The translations under genes and the position numbers were made by a program. Below, piece by piece: positions 1 to 9,384 of a stretch of 64,000 bases of DNA. Origin of the DNA: an uncultured Candidatus Saccharibacteria bacterium (GTDB lineage: Bacteria > Patescibacteriota > Minisyncoccia > Phycocordibacterales > JAACPR01); the NCBI GenBank assembly GCA_964538855.1, contig CAZIEY010000002.1, positions 1,709 through 65,708 of the forward strand. The letters run 5' to 3'. How positions within the stretch are numbered: position 1 is the stretch's first letter; each line of letters starts with the position of its first letter. The notes below the pieces were generated by a model. The model was not told where the DNA came from. It searched no databases and saw nothing but the letters and a program-made list of their open reading frames with translations.

Positions 1-50
1 TACACTGCATAATAAAAACATAGTATACTTATTCCGTAACTACTACACAC

Positions 51-542
51 ATGCGCCTCACATCCACTCTCACAAATCGTTCTGGCCAAGTCTTAGACGT
101 GGTATATAACGACCTCAATAATGAATCAGAATTAGGCGATAAGAAAATTAAGCTGGTTCACGCATATTGTTTTTGTGGCGATAAATTGGTGCTTGTATAT
201 GACGAAGCAAAAAAGTATTGGACTCCACCAGGTGGAGGTGTTGAAGTGGGCGAAGACGTCAGGACTGCCGTCGCACGTGAAGTCAAAGAGGAATCTAATA
301 TGAAAGTTTTGAAACAGCAGATTATCGGGTGCCAAGACGTATTTGAACCTCAAGGTATTTCGTCGCAGACGCGTTCCGTGTGTATTGTCGAACCTTATGG
401 CCCATTTCTCGGCGATCCCGACGGTGACATTACTAAAATTGAATTAATTGACCCCGCCGACTATAAAAAATATTTCAACTGGGGCGAGATTGGCGACCAT
501 ATTATGCGGCGGGCGACGGAGTTGAGGGAGGGAATGAAATAG
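51..542 (+). CDS. NUDIX hydrolase
   Basis: Nudix box GGGVEVGEDVRTAVAREVKEESNM (GX5EX7REUXEE). Confidence 0.9.
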   Translation: MRLTSTLTNRSGQVLDVVYNDLNNESELGDKKIKLVHAYCFCGDKLVLVYDEAKKYWTPPGGGVEVGEDVRTAVAREVKEESNMKVLKQQIIGCQDVFEPQGISSQTRSVCIVEPYGPFLGDPDGDITKIELIDPADYKKYFNWGEIGDHIMRRATELREGMK

Positions 543-544
543 AG

Positions 545-601
545 AATTTTAAAATTTCTTGAGATTTTCTTTATAAAGATTTTAGACCAAATCCGTATAA
601 T
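545..601 (+). promoter_or_regulatory. Conserved 57-bp toxin-module promoter, copy 1 (palindrome TCTTTATAAAGA 568-579; -10 TATAAT 596-601)
   Basis: Gap-free alignment with 11709-11765 and 36681-36737; invariant core TTTTCTTTATAAAGATTTTAG. Confidence 0.8.
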
Positions 602-608
602 GGGATGC

Positions 609-1010
609 GTGAATGATTTTGATACTTGGAACAAAAAGAAGAAAGAAATTAGTGCGAGTCTAATCTATAAACACCCAAAAGCTCAAGAAATATGGCATTG
701 TCGTGTCGGTATCAATGTCGGGTGTGAGATATATGGCAAAGGCTCAAATTATGTTCGGCCTGTTTTGGTTATAAATGACGACGGTGAAGATAATTTTATT
801 GGAGTTCCGCTCACATCAAAAATCAAAAATACAAAATATTCACGCGTGATTCGCGAAGAAGGAGGAAAACTCGCTACAGCATTGACGTATCAAATCAGAT
901 CTTTTGATAAAAGGAGACTGATAGAAAAACATAGTACTCTATCAGATGCAGAATTTGATTTGGTATGTCAAACGGTAAAAAGGTTAGTCAATTTAAAACG
1001 ACCCAATTAA
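609..1010 (+). CDS. PemK/MazF-family endoribonuclease toxin, no adjacent protein antitoxin
   Basis: EIW..G.N.G.E..GK...RPVLV...VPLTS...QIRSFDKRRL motifs. The GTG at 609 lies 7 nt after the -10 box (leaderless); the ORF-track ATG at 600 overlaps the -10. Confidence 0.85.
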   Translation: MNDFDTWNKKKKEISASLIYKHPKAQEIWHCRVGINVGCEIYGKGSNYVRPVLVINDDGEDNFIGVPLTSKIKNTKYSRVIREEGGKLATALTYQIRSFDKRRLIEKHSTLSDAEFDLVCQTVKRLVNLKRPN

Positions 1011-1054
1011 GGGTCGTTGGGCTCTTGCGAGCAAAGATGGCCAATCCATCCTAG
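990..1054 (-). ncRNA. Putative three-hairpin small RNA convergent with pemK copy 1
   Basis: Minus-strand promoter TTGACT(1090-1085)-18-TATAAT(1066-1061); hairpins at 1036-1050, 1021-1032 (GCAA loop on minus) and 997-1018 followed by Us; 63/72 identical to 37137-37208. Confidence 0.6.
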
Positions 1055-1116
1055 AACAATATTATATCAAAAAATTTTTACGAAAGTCAATCCAGCCCGT
1101 ATGATATAATTTTCAT

Positions 1117-1629
1117 ATGAATCCAACATCAGAACCCATTCCAGAGTTCGGCATTAAACGCGACAACGAAGAGAGACGCGACGGCGGTTGTGGCATTGTT
1201 TTTGATCCGACGACGCAATTATTTGCGATCGGCCTCCAACATGCCGACAATGTGCATCGATTATTTTCAGGAGGCGTCGATGCGAACGAAGATTTAAAAG
1301 CCGGCATTCTGCGCGAAGTCGTCGAAGAAAGCGGCTTGCACGATTTTGCATACACCGAAGAAATTGGCAAAGCCTTTGCTCATTATTACAACTCGCTTCG
1401 CAAGGTGAATCGCGTCGCACTCGCAACTTGTTATTTGGTGGTGTTGCGCAGTGCCGATGTGCGGCCTGTGCAATTAGAAGCTCACGAACAATTTTCGCTC
1501 GCGTGGATATCGGGGGATGAATTGCTCGCAGATTGGAAACGCCGCGATACCGACGAGGGATATGGCCACTGGATTTATTTTATGGAAAAGGCGATTGTGC
1601 GCTTGCGTGAGTTGGGGTATGTGAAGTAG
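1117..1629 (+). CDS. NUDIX hydrolase
   Basis: SGGVDANEDLKAGILREVVEESGL Nudix box; TATAAT 6 nt upstream of ATG. Confidence 0.85.
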   Translation: MNPTSEPIPEFGIKRDNEERRDGGCGIVFDPTTQLFAIGLQHADNVHRLFSGGVDANEDLKAGILREVVEESGLHDFAYTEEIGKAFAHYYNSLRKVNRVALATCYLVVLRSADVRPVQLEAHEQFSLAWISGDELLADWKRRDTDEGYGHWIYFMEKAIVRLRELGYVK

Positions 1630-1638
1630 GGTGGGTGG

Positions 1639-1694
1639 TTATAGTTAAAGTTGCAGCGGGAAATTTAACTATGAGTTTTTATAGTTAAAGTTGC
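1639..1694. repeat. Direct repeat TTATAGTTAAAGTTGC x2 with an inverted half-copy; 28-bp 11-6-11 dyad at 1663-1690
   Basis: Copies at 1639-1654 and 1679-1694; TTTAACTAT at 1664-1672 is the inverted core. Confidence 0.7.
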
Positions 1695-1749
1695 CTCGAT
1701 TTTTACTTAAATATCTACATCTTATTTTTAAATCTGGTATAATTTCGGC

Positions 1750-1953
1750 ATGAACCATACTATTAGATGCAAAAATCCAAAATGCGGTAAGATTCTAAAA
1801 AAGATCGGACCTTTTGCTACCGTTAAACCAGAAGGCCAACCAGCTCAGAAATATGACGGTACAGTAACTCTTATTTGCCCAGATCCCGATTGCTCTGAAT
1901 TTAACGTTACAATTAAAGTGCCTGAGAGCGAATATCTCAATATTTTACAATAA
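1750..1953 (+). CDS. Small putative zinc-ribbon protein
   Basis: CKNPKC ... CPDPDC cysteine pairs; extended -10 TGGTATAAT 6 nt upstream. Confidence 0.6.
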   Translation: MNHTIRCKNPKCGKILKKIGPFATVKPEGQPAQKYDGTVTLICPDPDCSEFNVTIKVPESEYLNILQ

Positions 1954-2008
1954 AACAGCTTTACACATGTAAAGTTGCTTTATTTTTTGCATATGCTACC
2001 ATGTGGGT

Positions 2009-3805
2009 ATGTCTATCGATAAAACAAAATTTATTACTCCAACTCAACTAGCCAAGATGTTGGGTATTACTCGTGTTGCTGTTCATCAGAAAATTAAAAA
2101 AGGGGACATCAAAGCTGAGAATGTCGGCGATTCATCAAAACCAACTTTCCTAATTCCTAAAGACTCATTACCTGCTGAAATACGCGAACGTATTGAGAAT
2201 GAAAAAAAGAAAATAACTGAAAGTGTGATTGGAAAAAATATTCAACATCACGATCTCAATTTTGAAAAAGAACTATGGGCAGCTGCAGATAAGCTTCGTG
2301 GAAATATCGATGTTTCCGAATATAAAAATATCGTCCTCGGATTACTTTTCTTGAAATATATATCCGACGCTTTCTATAAACGTCGCGAAGAACTTGATGC
2401 GCTAACCCGCGATCAAAAGAACGAAGATTTTTATGTTAAAGATGACAAAGCTCGGGCGCAAATTCTGGAAACAAAAGATTTCTATAAAAGTGCCGGTGTG
2501 TTTTATGTCCCCGAAAAGTCACGATGGGAATATTTGCAAACAAAAACAATGCAATCTGATATTGGCCAGGTGCTTGATAAAGCCATGGATTATATCGAAG
2601 AAGATAACCGAGCTGAACTTGAAGGTGTACTTCCAAAGATTTATACACGAACAACGCTTGATCATTCTGTTATTGGTGAGCTCGTAAATATATTCTCTCG
2701 TATTTCATTCGATCACAACTTTGATCGAGAAAAAGATATTCTCGGACGCATCTACGAATACTTCCTTGGTCAGTTTGCTTCATCTGAAGGAAAACGAGGA
2801 GGCGAATTTTTTACACCTAGATCAATCGTCAAATTACTCGTTGAAATTCTTCAGCCTTACGAAAATGCACGCGTATTAGATCCTGCTTGTGGTAGTGGTG
2901 GGATGTTTGTCGCTATGGGTGAATATCTACGCAATCACAGACAGGATGCATCAAAGCTTGCGATCAATGGGCAAGAAAGTAATCAAACAACACTTCGTCT
3001 TGCAAAGATGAATCTTGCAATTCGAGGACTCTCTGGAAAGATTGAACTCGGAAATACTTATTATCAAGACAAGTTTCCTCACCTGCAGGCAGATTTCGTG
3101 ATTGCAAACCCTCCCTTTAACGGAGAGTGGGAACCATCAAAGCTTTCTGATAATGATCCACGTATCACTCTCGGCACACCACCAAGTGGAAACGCAAACT
3201 TTATGTGGGTGCAACATTTTGCACACCACCTTGCACCAAATGGTTTAGCCGGGTTTGTTATGCCAAACGGAGCACTTGCCGTATCTGGTAAAGAAGGAGA
3301 GCTTCGCAAAAAGCTCATCGAAGAAGATCTTGTTGAGGTAATTATTTCTTGTCCATCAAAGCTTTTCTATAACGTATCTCTTCCCGTATCTTTATGGTTC
3401 TTGGCAAAGAATAAGAGTGGTGACCGTTTCCGAAAACGATCCGGTGAAACATTGTTTATTGATGCTCGAGATACATTCGAACAGATTTCACGTAAGCAGG
3501 TTGTGTTTAATCCAGAACATATAGAGAAAATCTCTAACACCGTGCGTGCGTGGCGTGGAGAAAAGGATGCGGGAAAATACGAAGATGTATCTGGATTCTG
3601 TAAGTCGGCATCTCTAGAGGAGATAAAAAAGAATGGATATGTTCTTACCCCTGGTCGTTATGTTGGACTTGCAGATGTAGAAGACGATGGAATTTCATTT
3701 GAAGAGAAGATGAAAAAACTTTCATCTGAACTTCGGAATGCTTTTGTGAAAGGTCGTGATCTGGAAAAGGAGATTGAGAAGAATTTAAAAGAATTAGGAT
3801 TCTAA
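2009..3805 (+). CDS. hsdM: Type I restriction-modification methyltransferase subunit M with extra N-terminal HTH domain
   Basis: LWAAADKLRG, GEFFTP, DPACGSGG and ANPPF motifs; N-terminal ITPTQLAKMLGITRVAVHQKIKKG HTH; ATG 2009 is 6 nt after TGCTACCAT. Confidence 0.95.
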   Translation: MSIDKTKFITPTQLAKMLGITRVAVHQKIKKGDIKAENVGDSSKPTFLIPKDSLPAEIRERIENEKKKITESVIGKNIQHHDLNFEKELWAAADKLRGNIDVSEYKNIVLGLLFLKYISDAFYKRREELDALTRDQKNEDFYVKDDKARAQILETKDFYKSAGVFYVPEKSRWEYLQTKTMQSDIGQVLDKAMDYIEEDNRAELEGVLPKIYTRTTLDHSVIGELVNIFSRISFDHNFDREKDILGRIYEYFLGQFASSEGKRGGEFFTPRSIVKLLVEILQPYENARVLDPACGSGGMFVAMGEYLRNHRQDASKLAINGQESNQTTLRLAKMNLAIRGLSGKIELGNTYYQDKFPHLQADFVIANPPFNGEWEPSKLSDNDPRITLGTPPSGNANFMWVQHFAHHLAPNGLAGFVMPNGALAVSGKEGELRKKLIEEDLVEVIISCPSKLFYNVSLPVSLWFLAKNKSGDRFRKRSGETLFIDARDTFEQISRKQVVFNPEHIEKISNTVRAWRGEKDAGKYEDVSGFCKSASLEEIKKNGYVLTPGRYVGLADVEDDGISFEEKMKKLSSELRNAFVKGRDLEKEIEKNLKELGF

Positions 3806-3812
3806 AAATATT

Positions 3813-4622
3813 ATGAAAGAAAATACATTTGAAACAATTAAAAGGGTGGATGATAACGGTAAAGAATACTGGGCATCTAGGGATCTTGCTAAAGTTTTAG
3901 AATATAGTGATTACCGTAATTTTTTAGGCGTTATTGACAAGGCGAAAATTGCTTGTGAAAACAGTGGCGTGGTTATCCACAAGCATTTCGTCGAAGCCAA
4001 CGAAATGGTTCCTATTGGATCTGGTGCGGAAAGGATGACAGATACTGTGCATCTCTCTCGCTATGCATGCTATCTTATTGTACAAAATTCTGACCCTACA
4101 AAAGTTGTCGTTGCAAAGGGTCAGACTTATTTTGCAATTCAAACTCATCGGCAAGAAAAGACAGATAGTTTAGCTGAGGATAATAATCGAGTCTTCTTGC
4201 GCGAAGAAATGAAGAAACATAATACTGGTTTAATGCAAACTGCATCACTGGCAGGGGTTGAAAGCTTCGCCATCTTTCAGAATGCTGGTTATAAAGGTTT
4301 GTACGGTGGACGTACTATGCAAGATATCCATACTGAAAAGAAATTGACTAAATCACAAAAGATTCTTGATCATATGAATAGTGAGGAACTAGCTGCAAAT
4401 CTATTTCGTGCCACGCAAACAGATGCAAAAATAAAACGTGAAAATATAAAAGGACAAGGAAATGCAAATCTTGCGCACTATGAAGTTGGACAGAAGGTTC
4501 GTAACACTATCGCTAACCTTGGTGGAACCATGCCAGAAGATCTTCCTACTCCTGATGCTATTGGAAAAGCTCAAACGAGGATAAAGAAGTCAAAAAACAA
4601 GAAACTTACTGATGGGAAATAG
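3813..4622 (+). CDS. dinD: DNA damage-inducible protein D (Bro-N-like)
   Basis: EYWASRDLAKVLEY, LSRYACYLIVQNSDP, ELAANLFRATQT and GGTMPEDLPTP are characteristic of DinD. Confidence 0.85.
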   Translation: MKENTFETIKRVDDNGKEYWASRDLAKVLEYSDYRNFLGVIDKAKIACENSGVVIHKHFVEANEMVPIGSGAERMTDTVHLSRYACYLIVQNSDPTKVVVAKGQTYFAIQTHRQEKTDSLAEDNNRVFLREEMKKHNTGLMQTASLAGVESFAIFQNAGYKGLYGGRTMQDIHTEKKLTKSQKILDHMNSEELAANLFRATQTDAKIKRENIKGQGNANLAHYEVGQKVRNTIANLGGTMPEDLPTPDAIGKAQTRIKKSKNKKLTDGK

Positions 4623-4631
4623 AAAGCCAAT

Positions 4632-5732
4632 ATGAGTAAATTAATAGAACAAATAAATAAAGAAAAAAGAGAAATGACTCTAGGCGATGTTGTTACTTTT
4701 CATCGAGGTTATGACTTACCTTTAAATGAAATAAAACCAGGTTCATATCCTGTTGTTTTTTCTAATGGACGAAGAGAAAACCATGCTGAGTTTAAAGTTA
4801 CGGGCCCGGGAGTATTTACTGGGCGTAGTGGATCTTTGGGTGGTATTTTTTATGTTGAAGAAAATTATTGGCCCCACAACACAACTCTCTATGTAAGTAA
4901 TTTTCACGGTAATGATCCAAAGTATTGCTACTATTTTTTGTCGTCATTTGATTTCGCAAAATTTAATGCAGGTACTGGTGTTCCTACTTTAAATAGAAAT
5001 CACATTCACGGAATACCTGTAAAAATACCAGATCTTCCAACTCAAAAGAAAATTGCTGAAATCTTGAGTGCGTACGATGCAAAGATTGAGAATAATAATC
5101 TTATCATTAAGAAACTTGAAGCGACCGCTCAAACGTTATTCGACGAATGGTTCATAAACTTTCGATTCCCTGGATACGAGAAGGTGAAATTTGTTGATAG
5201 TGAAATGGGAGAAATCCCCGAGGGATGGGAAGTTTTAAAACTTGGCGATATTTTTGATATTAAATATGGCAAGAATTTGCCGACCTCAAAAATAAGTAAA
5301 GAAGGTAATTTTCCAGTTTACGGCGCTGGCGGAGTTATAGGTTTTTATGAAAAGAAAAATGTTGATGAAAAAGTGATTTTGATTACATGTAGAGGTAATG
5401 GTAGTGGAACTATATGGAGAACAAATGGAGAAGGTTTTGTTACAAATAATTCATTTATGATCCTGCCTAAGAAGAATTTTAATTACTTTAATTTCATATC
5501 TATATATTTTTTATTTAAGAACAGTAATGTTTCTGCGGCGTTGTCTGGGTCAGCACAGCCACAAATAACGATAGATGGATTAAGTCCTATTCAAACTATA
5601 TTTCCTGATAGAAATTTATTAGAGTCTTTTCAAAAATTGACAACAGTTATGTTTGATTTAACGGATGAGTTACTTGAAGAAAACATTTCTTTAAGGTTGC
5701 AGAGAGATCAATTATTAGCAAAATTAATTTAA
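4632..5732 (+). CDS. hsdS: Type I R-M specificity subunit S
   Basis: Two TRDs separated by PDLPTQKKIAEILSAYDAKIE...LFDEWF...SEMGEIPEGW; C-terminal LRLQRDQLL. Confidence 0.92.
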   Translation: MSKLIEQINKEKREMTLGDVVTFHRGYDLPLNEIKPGSYPVVFSNGRRENHAEFKVTGPGVFTGRSGSLGGIFYVEENYWPHNTTLYVSNFHGNDPKYCYYFLSSFDFAKFNAGTGVPTLNRNHIHGIPVKIPDLPTQKKIAEILSAYDAKIENNNLIIKKLEATAQTLFDEWFINFRFPGYEKVKFVDSEMGEIPEGWEVLKLGDIFDIKYGKNLPTSKISKEGNFPVYGAGGVIGFYEKKNVDEKVILITCRGNGSGTIWRTNGEGFVTNNSFMILPKKNFNYFNFISIYFLFKNSNVSAALSGSAQPQITIDGLSPIQTIFPDRNLLESFQKLTTVMFDLTDELLEENISLRLQRDQLLAKLI

Positions 5733-5736
5733 ATAT

Positions 5737-6348
5737 ATGACGAATATTGAAATAATATTAAAATTCACAGAATTATTACTTGCATGGCCAGTAACCGCTT
5801 TAGTTTTAGGTATTGTATTTATACTATATTTTAAAAATGAAATTAAAACTTTATTAAAATCTAAAAAAGTGAAAGTCGGGAATGTTGAATTTGATCAAAC
5901 CCTACAATCAGAAGAAGTTGAAGATAAAACTTCTAAAGATATAGAGCAGCCAGTAAATGGGCAGTATTTTTCTGATGAGCAAATTTCTCAACTAGGCCAA
6001 ACTATAAATAATCTTGAAAATGATTCAACACAAAAAAACCAAAAAATAAATGAACTTACAGCACTAGCTGTTCAATTAAATGAAAGAGCAGAAACATTTG
6101 AATTTTTGTATCTGAATACTTTTTTAGTCATGAATTCAAAAATTGCACTCAAACACTGGTTTAAAGATGGTTCAACCAAAGATTATTTTATGAGTAGTTA
6201 CCCTTTACCGGAAGCAATTGTAGATAAAAACCAAGAATTAAGTGCAATATTTAACGTGCTACTTGTAAATAATCTAATTGAGCAAGTTGGAGAAATATTT
6301 AGAATAAATGAAAAAGGTAAAAAATTCTTAGAAAAGATCGGAATGTAA
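5737..6348 (+). CDS. AT-rich hypothetical membrane protein inside the hsd operon (N-terminal TM, coiled coil, possible C-terminal wHTH)
   Basis: TM segment LLLAWPVTALVLGIVFILYF; C-terminal NLIEQVGEIFRINEKGKKFL. Confidence 0.7.
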   Translation: MTNIEIILKFTELLLAWPVTALVLGIVFILYFKNEIKTLLKSKKVKVGNVEFDQTLQSEEVEDKTSKDIEQPVNGQYFSDEQISQLGQTINNLENDSTQKNQKINELTALAVQLNERAETFEFLYLNTFLVMNSKIALKHWFKDGSTKDYFMSSYPLPEAIVDKNQELSAIFNVLLVNNLIEQVGEIFRINEKGKKFLEKIGM

Positions 6349-6352
6349 ATTT

Positions 6353-9300
6353 ATGAACCCACTAAACGAAAACAATTTAACAGAGCAATCACTTATCGAA
6401 TGGCTACAAGGTCAGGGCTATGAGTATGTCTACGGTCCAACAATAGCACCAAATCAACCTAACGCGGAGCGCGAGGATTTTCGAGGTGTTGTACTCAAGA
6501 ATCGACTTCTTACTTCTGTACGCCGATTCAACCCACAACTTCCTGCGCTACAAGCAGAACAAGTTGTTGACGATATCGCGGGATATCACAATGCTGATGC
6601 AATGATCGGTAATAAGGAAATGTTCACTCTTATTACTGAAGGGATGAAAAAAACATGGCAAGAGGACGGTATAGAAAAAACAGAAGTTGTTAAGCTTATT
6701 GATTTTGAAAATGTTGAAGCAAACGATTTCTTAGTAACAAATCAGTTTACCGTTCAGGGTGTAGAGAATGTTTGCCGTCTTGATGGTGTTATTTTTGTGA
6801 ATGGTATTCCACTCTCAGTTTTGGAACTCAAAAGTCCCGTGCGTGAAGAAGCTTCAATTGGTCAGGCGTATCGAGATGTGGAGTACTACAAAAAAGAAAT
6901 TCCAAAGATGTTTTTGTATAACCAAGTGCTTTGTTTGTCTGATCTTACAGAAGCTCGACATGGAACAATTTCTTCTTCGTGGGAACGATACGGAACATGG
7001 AAAGGTATGAATTCGGAGATAGATGCTCCAAGCAGTGTTACGGAACTCGAGGTTCTTGCAAAAGGTCTTTTTGATAAAAAACGACTTCTCGACCTCGTTC
7101 AAAACTTCATAGTTTTTGAAGCAGATGGTGACGGTGATGCAGTGACTTACACAAAGAAGATGGCTTTATATCACCAGTACTACGGTGTAAACAAAACAAT
7201 CGATAGCACTGTGCGATCAGTTGGTGGAGAGCAAGATCGAAAGATTGGTGTCTTTTGGCACACACAAGGATCTGGAAAGTCACTCTCAATGGTTTTTTAT
7301 GTGAACAAGACAAAACGTATTCCAGAACTTAAAAGCCCTGCGTATGTTTTTCTCACTGACCGTGAAGATCTAGACGACCAACTCTTTAAGACATTTAGTC
7401 GTACAGGATATAGCACTCTTGCTAAACGAGCATCAAGTATTAAGGATTTGAAAGATAAGCTCACCCATCTTGGAAGTGAACTCATTTTTACCACTATTCA
7501 GAAATTCCAAGATGATCCTGATGCGAATAATGTTTTAAGTGAACGAGAAAATATTATCGTTCTTACTGATGAGGCACACCGAACGCAATACAGTATGCTC
7601 GCAGGTAATGTGAGACAGGCTTTGCCACAAGCAAGCTTTTTGGGTGTGACAGGAACTCCACTTTCAAACCATGATAAAAACACAATGCGTGTTTTCGGTG
7701 ATATTGTGAGTTCATACAAAATCGGACAAGCAGTAAAAGATAAAGCGACTGTGCCGATTTATTATGAAGGTCGCCTTGTTCCACTCCATTTGGCGGATAA
7801 ATTTGTAGACAGTAAGTTAGATGAAATTCTCGGAGAGATTGTGGTGGATGAAAAAGTAAAAGCTCGTAAAGAATGGGCGGTACTTGAAGAAGTTGTTGGT
7901 GCACCAAGTCGTATAAAAGAAATCGCAAGAGACGTTGTCGCTCACTTTAATAATCGCCCAATTAATGGTAAGGCGATGGTTGTTACTATGAGTCGTTCAA
8001 TTGCAGTCGCGATGTATAATGCCATAAAAGAAATTTCAGGAAGTCCGGAATGCGCGGTGATTATTTCTGGTATGGATGATTTTTCTAATCAAATTCAATC
8101 AGAGCATGATGTAAAGAAGCTCGAGAAGAGATTCAAGAAAATTAATGATCCGTTACGTTTGGTGATTGTATGTGATATGTGGCTAACAGGTTTTGATGTG
8201 CCAAATTTACACACGATGTATCTTGATAAGCCTCTTAAAAATCATGGATTAATGCAAGCAATTGCACGTGTAAATAGAGTATATAAAGATAAACCAGGTG
8301 GATTGATTGTGGATTATATTGGTATTGCCGAAAATTTAAAAAAGGCACTTGCTGTGTACGACAGTGATGTACAAAAAGAGGCAATGATTCCATTGGATGA
8401 AGTTATATTTGAAATGAAACAACTTCATGGAGAAGTTGCGTTATATTTTTCAGCAGTCGATTTTATTGGCTGGCGAGCAAAGAAGGGGGTAGAGTTGGTT
8501 GAATTTTTTCAGCACGCACTTAACGAAGTTATTTCCGAGAATGGTCGTTTATCAGATGAACGAAAAATGAGATTCATTGGTTTGGTTTCAAAATTATCTC
8601 GATTGCATGCACTTGTAATGCCTGCCGAACCAGCAATGAGTATTACGGGTGATGTGCGATTCTTCCAATCAATTAGCGAGTCTGTCAGCAAACAGACTTT
8701 TATACCTGGAATTATTTTTCCAGAAGCAACCGAGAGTGCTATCCGTAGTTTGGTGCATGATTCTGTACAAGCTGAAGGTGTGATTGATTTATTTACGAAA
8801 GCAGGAGAAGAGAGAAAAAAAATTTCAATTTTCGATGCGCGTTTTGCTGATGAAATCAATAAGACAAAATATAAAAACTTGGCAATTGACACGATTCGAA
8901 GAATGCTCGATGAGGAGATAAAAGTTCGTTCTCGTGTTAACAAGGCGCGCTATGAGTCTATGCTTACATTACTGACAGAACTTATCGCAAAATACGAAAA
9001 TAATGTGATTAGTTCTGCGGAAATTATTAAACACTTATTACAAGTTGCTGCAGAAATTAAAGAACTCGATAAGGAGAGCGAGGAGTTGGGCTTATCTTCT
9101 GATGAAGTTGTATTTTATGATACTCTTACTAGCGATCCAGAATTAAAAAAAGCAGGAATTGATATTAAAGAGTTCGTGAAAGATCTAACGAAGCGGGTTC
9201 GAAGAGATTTAACTATTGATTGGACTAATAATGAAACGATTAAAGCACGTATTCGTCAAAATGTTCGCCTGCTGATTATTCAAAAAGGTGTATCTGATAT

Positions 9301-9376
9301 GGTCCACACAGAACGTTTAATCGAATCGATTTATCAGGAAACTGTCAGGGTGTATAGGGAATATGTTCCGGCATAA
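6353..9376 (+). CDS. hsdR: Type I restriction endonuclease subunit R
   Basis: D..IFVNGIPL..LELK nuclease motif; HTQGSGKS, DEAHR, TGTP, MWLTGFD and QAIARVNR helicase motifs. Confidence 0.96.
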   Translation: MNPLNENNLTEQSLIEWLQGQGYEYVYGPTIAPNQPNAEREDFRGVVLKNRLLTSVRRFNPQLPALQAEQVVDDIAGYHNADAMIGNKEMFTLITEGMKKTWQEDGIEKTEVVKLIDFENVEANDFLVTNQFTVQGVENVCRLDGVIFVNGIPLSVLELKSPVREEASIGQAYRDVEYYKKEIPKMFLYNQVLCLSDLTEARHGTISSSWERYGTWKGMNSEIDAPSSVTELEVLAKGLFDKKRLLDLVQNFIVFEADGDGDAVTYTKKMALYHQYYGVNKTIDSTVRSVGGEQDRKIGVFWHTQGSGKSLSMVFYVNKTKRIPELKSPAYVFLTDREDLDDQLFKTFSRTGYSTLAKRASSIKDLKDKLTHLGSELIFTTIQKFQDDPDANNVLSERENIIVLTDEAHRTQYSMLAGNVRQALPQASFLGVTGTPLSNHDKNTMRVFGDIVSSYKIGQAVKDKATVPIYYEGRLVPLHLADKFVDSKLDEILGEIVVDEKVKARKEWAVLEEVVGAPSRIKEIARDVVAHFNNRPINGKAMVVTMSRSIAVAMYNAIKEISGSPECAVIISGMDDFSNQIQSEHDVKKLEKRFKKINDPLRLVIVCDMWLTGFDVPNLHTMYLDKPLKNHGLMQAIARVNRVYKDKPGGLIVDYIGIAENLKKALAVYDSDVQKEAMIPLDEVIFEMKQLHGEVALYFSAVDFIGWRAKKGVELVEFFQHALNEVISENGRLSDERKMRFIGLVSKLSRLHALVMPAEPAMSITGDVRFFQSISESVSKQTFIPGIIFPEATESAIRSLVHDSVQAEGVIDLFTKAGEERKKISIFDARFADEINKTKYKNLAIDTIRRMLDEEIKVRSRVNKARYESMLTLLTELIAKYENNVISSAEIIKHLLQVAAEIKELDKESEELGLSSDEVVFYDTLTSDPELKKAGIDIKEFVKDLTKRVRRDLTIDWTNNETIKARIRQNVRLLIIQKGVSDMVHTERLIESIYQETVRVYREYVPA

Positions 9377-9384
9377 AGTTTTTA

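Noticed and set aside
4632-5732. Phase-variable (invertible) hsdS
   Set aside because: Single hsdS; no extra TRD copies, recombinase or flanking inverted repeats seen.
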